Positions 21,751-30,684 of a stretch of 32,000 bases of DNA are shown here, one piece after another. The first letter of the stretch is position 1. Each line of letters starts with the position of its first letter. The DNA lies in the NCBI GenBank assembly GCA_054661495.1, contig BAAFSQ010000006.1, forward strand, positions 30,001 to 62,000, in the 5' to 3' direction. A model generated the notes under the pieces. That model was given only the letters and a program-made list of their open reading frames with translations. It was not told the origin of the DNA and did no database searches. This DNA comes from Zygophlyctis sp. KS116. Its lineage: Eukaryota; Fungi; Chytridiomycota. The translations under genes were made by a program, and so were the position numbers.

Positions 21751-23460
21751 TCAGGCCGTGAGGGAGCCTTTCTAATAATATGAACGATACTAAAAATAAA
21801 ATACCTCGGAGACAATAGCTAGAAGTGACTTCAATTTATCTACTTCTTTTCGGACATCTTGCTGATATTTATACATGCTCTATTATAAATATACTAATCA
21901 TTATACCTTATCATGCAACAAAATATATGGTGCATCCGCATTTTTTGTGCATGCCTCTAAGATAGCTTGTTCCTGATAAACTCTATGGGTTAAGATAAAA
22001 ATACTTACTTTGAAATTTTTAACTCCTCCAATTGTTTGATTGATTTATCATACTCTTCTAGTATCAGATCCCACTTATTTTTCTTGTTTTTTAAAGATTC
22101 TAGAATCTCATCAAGTGGAAGTAACGTAACCTGCCCAGATTTTGAGTCCTGCTTTATTCCAAATATACCATCAAGAAATTGAATAAAGGGGTGATTGCTT
22201 TTAACTAATGATGTTGAAACCTTAACTCTGGGATTTATATTCCTCTAGTCAAATATATGATAACCATCTTACCATTTTTTCGTCATGATCAGTTTTCCAG
22301 GCTTCCATTTCAATTTCAAATGCCTGTGCTAGACTAATCATATGTATCAAATGAGTTCTTTCAGCTGAAATTTTTTGAATCAAAGAATTGATTGCCAGAG
22401 AATAATTTTGTAATATATTTTGAATCTGAATATTATTTCTCGTAAAATATTTACCGAATCTATTCTGGTTAAAATCTGGTTACTAATATAAATAGAATTG
22501 TCGCTTAATTTTTGGTGTAATGGCATCATCATTGTATAAGATGCCTTTTGAGCTATGAGAACATTAATATCCTTGAGTGTAGCCTTGATCTTTGATGATA
22601 ATCCAAATTTAGCCTCAAAACCTGAAGTATCTTGACTACTTTCAGTCATTAAAATGTCTTCTAAAGGCGCCCTTTGGTTTAATAACTCCATCTGAGACTC
22701 TAGTTCTACGAGTTTCAGTTTGTGACTTAACTGATTCATAAAAGAAATTATATATCTATGTTTGGTTAGCTTGATATATTACTGCGAGCGTAATTCATCT
22801 AGTTCAAAGCAGACTTGTTTGCCTAATTCATATTGTTTTAGTTGTGATACCATAATTTGATAAGTGGCTAATAGCGAATTCACATTATTCGTGCAATTGA
22901 TCTTAAATTCCTTTAAATAATCCCTTTTTTGAAATATGTATTCTATGGTCAAGGACAAATATGGCTACCTTTAGACTCTATAAGTTTCAATTCGTCATTA
23001 ATACGGCCAACAACACGATTGATGCAATGATTAATCTAAATCATGATTAAACAAATGATACCTTTTCACTAGTCTCAGCAATCATATGGTCCTTGTAAAC
23101 TATTTTTTCTCTTTTTTGATTAATCAGAGCCTTTAATTCAGCGTTTGTTTGACTAGTATCGTACATTGACAACTTTAGGCTATTACATTTAGATTTTATA
23201 TTTTGCGATTCCCGATCTAGCTGTAGAATATGGTCTTCAAGTACATCTAGTTCATTATTAGATGTTTTGGTTGATAGTCCGTTCCATTGACGGATTTGAG
23301 TATCCGCGTCCAGAATTGGAATTGATTCTATTCGTTCAAAGAGCCAATTAATGAATGGACTATTTAGACTAGATATCCATTCTAATTTCGCAAACAATGA
23401 AACATCATCATTTCCAACGCTGAAGCCATTATCAAGGAGAAAATCAACAAATAAATTCAT
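21751..23460 (-). CDS. Coiled-coil protein, probable augmin subunit HAUS3; about 8 micro-introns (last exon uncertain)
   Basis: N-terminus FVDFLLDNGF...LEWI...PFINWLFERI resembles the HAUS3 pattern (F...L...G....W.....FL.W). A later ELDELRSQYI segment resembles HAUS3 EL.RL...Y. A continuous frame is recovered with 26-33 nt introns. Confidence 0.55.
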
Positions 23461-23491
23461 TATATTTTAAGTCCGATTCACGCCAAAACTC

Positions 23492-24661
23492 TCATTTTGA
23501 ATGGACAACTGTCGGTCCAGACTCATTATAATCAGCCTAAAATCAATTATTCATAAAACTTACTCTTGTGATGTAATTAGCAGGAGATATTAATGTGCAT
23601 TTTGCAGTGACTGAACCTCCTACATATCCCATATCTTGAGGACGTTCCCTGAAATTTGTAAAATAATCTGGAATTTTCATCCATCCAAGTTCTTTAGCTT
23701 GAAATTCAGAAGACGTTTCAGAAGCAGCCAAGTAAATAGCACATTCAGCTTCTATTCTATCCTTTATACAAGAAATTGCAGCTAGTCCACCTGATAAAGC
23801 AATATTTTCCCAGAGAAAAAGTCTTTTTTCAGGTTCTCCTGAAGCTCGAACACATTCTGACATTGCTTCTGGAAGTGAAGGGATATCTTTTCTTGCTATA
23901 GTTGGATCAAAAAGTACATCCAGGCATGAAACTCTGATTTTTGAACTTATAGGAACATTAATTCCATTAATCTGTACTTGTTTAGGATCAGATTCACCAT
24001 TATTAATTCCAACAATGAGATCAGGAGTTTCCAGAATTTCTTTTAAAAACTTTTCTTGAATTGAATCCTTTTTCCAGACATTTTTAAAGTCTGCATCTTG
24101 AAGTAAGAGGAATTCCAAGTGTTTTAAAATATCTTTTCCGCCGACTGGTAAAGCAATTGCAGCATATCTTACTACATTATTTTCAAAAATAGCTGTTATA
24201 TCTACTATAAGCTGATTAAAAGTACCACATTTGTCATAACCTAAATCCAAGACTAAGCCGGATGTGGCACCATATCCATACAGAGTCGCCAGAGGTTGTT
24301 CGATAAAGACGAGACCAGAAAAGTTACATACTTCAAACATGTATTGTGCAGTTTCTTCAATCATGAGTTTCGACCAAGATAATGGCATTAATACAGCAAC
24401 CAAGTAATCATTTTTGATTCTAGAAATCCCAAACTTTTTAATCGTTGCATGAAATAATAAATCATGAAAACATTTGGCATGATTAATTTGTCCATTCTTG
24501 ATTGACTGAATTTTCTTTAAATTAGCATTTTCCAGTGGCACAAAACCGCCGTCTGTTTCCCATCCACTTGCCGATAGTTGGTTTTCCGGCAAATCAATGT
24601 ATGAAGCCACATTGCATTTAATAGTGTTGGATCCTGGATCTAAAACTAGATGATTTGACAT
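23492..24661 (-). CDS. ARP9: Actin-related protein, Arp9-like; introns 24202-24225 (in-frame), 23537-23563
   Basis: Motifs LVLDPGSNTIK, LYGYGATSGLVLDLGY, LWENIALSGG and KIPDYF. The spliced C-terminus is ADYNESGPTVVHSK*. Confidence 0.8.
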
Positions 24662-24757
24662 AAAAACACAAATTCTCAATCCTCAACGGTTGCCCTAGAA
24701 CTGATTATGCATTACTGATACATTGAATACATTTTAATAGATTGCAGAAACATAAAC

Positions 24758-26110
24758 TTACTGGCTCTTACCACTCGAAAGAGAAATCATTCTAGCCTTT
24801 GAAACAGATGAAGGTGCACGAAATGATTCAATTTCACTTAATAAAGCAGCAGCAGTTGTGCGTTTCTTTGAATCTTTGATTAAAAGTCTTGACATTATTG
24901 ATAAAAATATCGGTGACACTCTTTCTCCTCCTTCAGGAAACTTTATTTCCGTAAAATCAAGAATTTCTCTGGTTAGAAATTCTGTATTTTCTATTTGTGA
25001 CCATGGAACTCTTGAATAACACAAGAAATACAAAATTATTCCTAGAGACCACATATCCTAAATTATAATTTTTCATAAAAATCATACAGCTTTTGGAGAA
25101 TGTTCACCATCAAAATGGCCAAAGTCATCTTGAAAAAGTAATTCAGGTGGCATAAACTCTAGAGTACCTGTGGCACCTGTTCTCTCATGCAGATCTTGTT
25201 CATTCATGACTTCTGATTCACCAAAATCAGAGACTAATACTGTCGGAAGACCGCCAGGATTGTTCTTTAGTAGCAAATTACTAGGTTTTAAATCTCTATG
25301 TATGATTCCATGAGCATGTAAATGAGCAAGACCAGATGTTATATCTACAAAAAATTTCCAAATTTCATAGGCTGTTAAATATCTTACTTTTTTTCCAGAC
25401 TCATCATATCCTATTCCGCCGACTGAACTTGCAGGTGAAGAAGATGGTCCCTGTTCAGATAATTTGAATAATTTTGTCCTGAATTTCACTTTTTCCTTTT
25501 CTGGATCAAATGGAGGATCCCATTCAACATGTAGATATTCTTCTAAGTTTCCCCCATCCGCTAGTTCCATTAGAATAAAGAGACATGGAACTTTAGGACT
25601 AAAAGATGATAATTGACGATCTTCCATCCATGCATGCTTGTATTCTATAATGTTATTATGCCTTAATTTCTCTAGTAATTTGACTTCTGATAATATCCTT
25701 TCAAGCCATAATTGAGAATTACCAACAGGAATCGCCTTTACAGCGAATTTCCCCAAAGAAATTCCATTTAGTACATGAGATACCTGAAAGACTGATCCAT
25801 TCTTCCCTCTTGTCCTTGAAATATCATGGAATTACCTTCCCAACTGACATTCCTGAATGAAAAACTTATTAAAATATCCCTGTGCAGTTTCGAGAGACTC
25901 TGATAAAAGTCTAAAATAATCATGAGATATGAATCCATCATTTAATGGACGATTGCATCTTGGACAAACATTCTCACTTTAAATTATATTATAAAATTAC
26001 TCTGACGATCTTTGAATTGACAAAACATTTGCTGATCGATTGAATAAAACCATCGAGTCCGATCGCTGATAGAGCACAGCCCAATTCATAAGTTCAACAT
26101 CTTTTGACAT
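24758..26110 (-). CDS. IKS1: IKS1-family Ser/Thr protein kinase; introns 25977-26000, 25809-25835, 25058-25087
   Basis: N-terminal CPRC and DYFRLL...QGYFNKFF, then LGRGKNGSV, FAVKAIPVG, YKHAWME, VPCLFILME, HRDLKPSNLL, SDFGE, RTGATGTLEF and DMWSLG. Confidence 0.88.
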
Positions 26111-26112
26111 TT

Positions 26113-27744
26113 TCAATCAGTTAACAGATCCACCCACGCCCTGGCCACTTGAGTCTCATCTGCACTATCATCACTAGATACATTCCTATCCTCTATAGAT
26201 AAATCTTGTTTGACTCCATAAACATCCCTAGACTTCATCTTCAATCTACACAATTGTCCTAGTAAATGCTTCATAAAAGATATACGCTCCCTAATAACTG
26301 AAATACGGTCTTCAAGCCCTGCCAAGTGCTGTTTTCTTTTATCAAGAGCTTCTTCCAAATCTTTAACTTCTGAAATATATTCTTCTTTTATGCTTGTCAG
26401 TCTGTCAACTGATTCGCAATGTTTCTTTTTCAAATTAGAAATATTAAGCGAAATAATCTTGATGTCTGATTTTAAGTCTGATTTCACTTGTTTCTTTAGT
26501 AGTAAGTCTTGCTTCACTTTTTCAAGCCTTCTATTTTCCAATAAAAGTTCTTTTTCAATTTTAGATTTTTGATTGAGAATAATCTTCTTGTTTCCTTCAA
26601 GTGTTTTTAAATTACGAAGTAAAGTTGGCCTTTCCAGATTCAGAGACTCGTATAATGCTTTTGCTTTATTTATAGAGTTTAAATATTCTGATTTCTTATC
26701 ATTATAACTCTTTTGCACTGACATGTATATATTTTGAAGCGATTCTACCTGTAATCGAATCAACTTTAGCCTTGAATCTTTTTTTGAAATAGTTTCATGT
26801 TCCCTAGTTTTTAGAGATTCTGGAATTGAATTAATTTCATATAAAAGTCCCTCTCTTTCGCTATAAACTTGTGTTGTTGCGCTTGATAAAACATCATCCT
26901 CTATATCTTTTTTATAAGAGCTTGTAGAAATTTTGATTTTCTTTGATGGATAAAACTTTGAGTTTTTAATTTGACACCAAATTCTGATATCATAGTCTTC
27001 ATTTGGTTCTAATTCAGAAATCTTTACTCCTTTATCCTTGACATCTACTTGTCCGATAAATAAACCATTAACTTGAATCATCATTTTAGTAACTTTTTGT
27101 GTATTAACTGATGATGTATTTGTCCATAGTATTACAACTGATTGACTTGTAGTTTCACAAACAATATATTCCAAAAATGATAGCGGATAAATATTGTAAA
27201 ACATGTAACAAAAATGATAAAAATAGCATGAATACAAAATGTACAATCTCCAAAAACAATATACCAAGAGCGATCCAAGGCCTTACATGAGTCATTTCAA
27301 CTTACCCAAAGAGTTTAGTAACTGATTCGACGCATAATATTTTTGTTCATGAGTAGTTAGCCAAGAATTTAATAAAATCGTCTGTGTAAGATGGGCGACA
27401 AACACAAATCCCCAAGTTTTTAATTGAATTTCACCACTAGTAAGTGGATATTTAGCTTCTAATTGAAGTATTGCAAGGCCGTAGAGGAACCCGATATTTA
27501 AAAGATCCAATGTAAAATAATGTATGTACTTGTAGCAGTATACGGTTGAAGTTATCATTAGAAAACATGTGAAAAGTCCGAACAACAGCGACGTTTCTTT
27601 AAGACTTTTATATAATCCAACGGAATTCATTGTAAATAGTAGAGTCCCTTCTACGGGAGAGTCTGTCCATGCTCTTATACCAAAAATGATGGAGTACATG
27701 ACCAGAAATCCCAAAATTGGGAGATTAGATTCCTCTTTCACCAT
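26113..27744 (-). CDS. Multi-pass membrane protein with FN3-like domain and long coiled coil; intron 27282-27305
   Basis: Several hydrophobic segments, then an FN3-like stretch TTSQSVVILW...IQVNG...ISELEPNEDYDIRI, then a heptad-rich K/E/L coiled coil. Confidence 0.65.
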
Positions 27745-27804
27745 TTTTTTGGTAAGAAGCGCGCAAATTTTAAATGATGAAAATTTTTATTTCTCTTTCT
27801 GGCT

Positions 27805-29271
27805 TTAATCTTTACCGAGACTAATATGTTCTTTCAGACTTTTAATAATAGACTGGTAATTGTCTGAGTTGATTTCAAAGCCTTTATGAGTAAAAACACT
27901 TCTTCCTCGGAATGCAGCCAATAATGCACCTTTCAAATCTTCATTACTGATGTAATTTTCCTTTAATCCTTCCTTTAATGTTTTTGGGAAATGGCGTGAT
28001 CCTTTGAATGCCAAAAAATAAAGAGTAATGTTATTCCAGATTTTCTTATCTTTTGCAGCATTCATCAAACCCCGCATCGACTTGGTTAAAGAAGATAAAT
28101 CATCAATTATATCATATGCAAATTCCAATTTTTCTAATCTAACGGCTATAATTTCAAAAAAAGTATTCAAAAAGTCTCTGACAGTCTCAGGATCTCCAAT
28201 TGCAGCAACATCTCTTAGGATTTTGAAGCCCATCCTAGTATTAGTAATTTTGGATAGTTTCTTTGCATCTTGTAATCCTAATTTTTCAAACAGAAAAGTA
28301 GACACTGAAATGTCAGCATGATCATCACAATGAATGTATCCAGTTTTTGCCCACATTGTATTAGGATCCTCATTGATAAAATCCTGAATATGTGAAGGTA
28401 AGTTAGAAATTATACCAGGTGATTGTTTCAAGGGGAGATTACCATCCTCGTAAAAGATTTTTATAATACTTAAACCTCCAGTTTCTATACTTCTAAGGAA
28501 AGCAGCCTGGTACACGGATGACCCTTTACTAAAATCAGTACTTCTAATATTTTCAATAGATTCACCCTGTTTTACAAATCCTAAAATGAAAAATGTTACT
28601 GGGCTAGATTCTAAATGAGATATGCTTATCGCCTCATCCAGATTTTCAAGTAATTCAGGCATTCCAATGATAATTTTAACAGCATCTTCATTCCCAAATT
28701 CAATCACATCAAGGACAAACTGATACCTTTTTATATTCTTCACAAACGAAACATCAGGAAGAAGAGATCTTATAGCATTCCAAATACCCTCATTCTTTTG
28801 ATTGGATTTGGATTTGGATGGAATAAGGAGATCCCTTATCATCTGAAACCTTTCATCTGCTTTGTAATCTTTGAAATCAAAAGTTTTTGATGTGACTTCT
28901 ATAGAATCTTCGACCACAATCTGTAAAAATTCATAATCTTGAGCAGCGATTGCCATTTTCAACAAGAACTCTTGATGATCAAGTGTCAACTTCTTCAACT
29001 CTTGCAACCGATCCTTCACATCCCCTTGAATAACATTTTTCATAATATTTTGCCATTCCCCAATCTCAGAATCTGGATTATTTTTTCTCATGATTGAGCC
29101 TCTTTGTTTCTTCTTCAGAATTGGATTAACAATTGCTGCCACATCAGCAGAGAATGAACTAGCGACTGCATTAGTAATGGAAGTAACTGAATTAGAGGAA
29201 GGAGCAATTTTCAAATCATTTTGAGTAGCTGCAATGCCTGTTGAAAAGATGAAAAGATGAAGTAGATGCAT
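27805..29271 (-). CDS. Intronless putative secreted protein with degenerate ankyrin-like helical repeats
   Basis: First ATG 29271 gives MHLLHLFIFSTGIAA, which is signal-peptide-like. Repeats: LLKMAIAAQDYEFLQIVV, VLDVIEFGNEDAVKIII, FLRSIETGGLSIIKIFY, LRDVAAIGDPETVRDFL. Confidence 0.6.
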   Translation of the reverse strand: MHLLHLFIFSTGIAATQNDLKIAPSSNSVTSITNAVASSFSADVAAIVNPILKKKQRGSIMRKNNPDSEIGEWQNIMKNVIQGDVKDRLQELKKLTLDHQEFLLKMAIAAQDYEFLQIVVEDSIEVTSKTFDFKDYKADERFQMIRDLLIPSKSKSNQKNEGIWNAIRSLLPDVSFVKNIKRYQFVLDVIEFGNEDAVKIIIGMPELLENLDEAISISHLESSPVTFFILGFVKQGESIENIRSTDFSKGSSVYQAAFLRSIETGGLSIIKIFYEDGNLPLKQSPGIISNLPSHIQDFINEDPNTMWAKTGYIHCDDHADISVSTFLFEKLGLQDAKKLSKITNTRMGFKILRDVAAIGDPETVRDFLNTFFEIIAVRLEKLEFAYDIIDDLSSLTKSMRGLMNAAKDKKIWNNITLYFLAFKGSRHFPKTLKEGLKENYISNEDLKGALLAAFRGRSVFTHKGFEINSDNYQSIIKSLKEHISLGKD

Positions 29272-29595
29272 TAAAATCTGAAAATTTGAATGAGAATTTG
29301 ATTTGCGAATATTCACACCATGGTTAAAAATGGTTACAAGATGATTTTTATGAATGATTGGAGCTGCAGCGAATCATTTACTATATAAAAAATCTTGTCC
29401 GATAATCTAGAAAATCGTGATTTTTAGACTTTTTAGAGAAAAAAGGTAATTTACCGCAATCTAACTATTATGATTAGATATACTTTACAACCATTCAAGT
29501 AAGATTCGCTAGGCTTACTAGGATCAGTAGCAAATGTTGAATAAACTGATAAATTCAAGTGGCCGTTGTACTCTTAGGGTTACTGATTGAAAACG

Positions 29596-30527
29596 ATGGC
29601 AATGGACTTTGATCTCATTATCCCTGGTCTATATCTAGGAAACATGAAAATTGATCTTGAAACATTAGTCAAATTAGAAATCAAACAGATTCTATCGCTA
29701 GGATTTGACTATGAAATCACTGATAAAATCCCTTGCAAAGCCATTGCACTCAATGATGAACCGACGGAAAATATTTACTTGACATTTGATGATGCATTTG
29801 AAATCATTCATGAAGCTCTAAAAGAAAATGGAAATATTTATATTCATTGTATTGCTGGTGTATCTAGATCTCCAACAATTGTAATCGCTTACTTGATGAG
29901 ACTAAATCAATGGAGTGTTTATGAATCATTAGAATATGTAAAATCTAAAAGGCCAATGACTGATCCAAATTTTGGATTTATAGAACAATTAAGATTGTAT
30001 CAGAGTAATTTAATCAACTGAAATTTACTATTTAGATACTGGATTCAGGGTGGATACAAGTAGCTCATCTTATAATAGATTTCTGATTTTATCAAAATTT
30101 AGAAAGAATTATGGTAATTACAAATTTCATTAAATTTTAGATTTATCATGGGAAAATTCAGACAATATACAAAAACCAATCTCTAAGCAAGGACAAGTAC
30201 TAAAATGCAAAAGTTGTAGATTTCTTTTAATTTCTGAACCTGATGATATACTCTATCATCCTGGTAATGATCATATGATTGAATGTGGATTATTTTATCT
30301 GAATCCAGCTGTGAATTGGATTCCTATACAAGATGGAATAATTCAAGGGAAAATAGACTGTCCAAATTGTCATTGTAATTTTTCTCTTTTTAAAATTTAT
30401 AGATAAATTAGGAAAGTTTAATTGGTCTGGGATACAATGTACATGTGGTAAATGGATTGTTCCTGGATTTTCAGCTCAAAGATCTAAAGTAGATTTAGAT
30501 TTTAAGTCACTTAAAAAGACTATTTAA
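29596..30527 (+). CDS. YVH1: Dual-specificity phosphatase YVH1/DUSP12 with C-terminal zinc-binding domain; 3 micro-introns
   Basis: Motifs IHCIAGVSRS and PNFGFIEQL. The spliced zinc domain reads LKCKSCRF...GKIDCPNC..KLGKFNWSGIQCTCGKWIVPGF. Confidence 0.93.
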
Positions 30528-30684
30528 ATCTGAATTTTGAATCTGATCATGCATTAAGAATGCATAGCTAGCATAATAATTTAACACTGTCATGATCGTT
30601 AAAGGCATAATATTTCAACTTTTTCATACACAATTTTGAGAAATTCAAAGAGATTTAAGCCGATTTCGCGTCGCTAGATTCAAA

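Noticed and set aside
21790-21804. Possible 15-nt intron GTATTTTATTTTTAG at the end of the HAUS3-like gene
   Set aside because: A 33-nt intron or no splicing explains it equally well, and no other intron under 24 nt is needed.
24681-24702. X-box (RFX)-like GTTGCCCTAGAAC and MSA-like CAACGG upstream of ARP9
   Set aside because: Imperfect single matches, and no convincing X-box at the ciliary genes CSPP1 or OFD1.
12887-28321. Other shadow ORFs (12887, 15597, 15951, 16397, 20345, 20427, 21410, 26390, 27569, 28028)
   Set aside because: They overlap well-supported genes on the other strand or frame and show no independent coding signal.
30545-30597. Small inverted repeats (ATGCATT-AAG-AATGCAT; GATCATG/CATGATC) after YVH1 as an ncRNA
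   Set aside because: The stems are only 7 bp and AT-rich, with no C/D, H/ACA or tRNA hallmarks.
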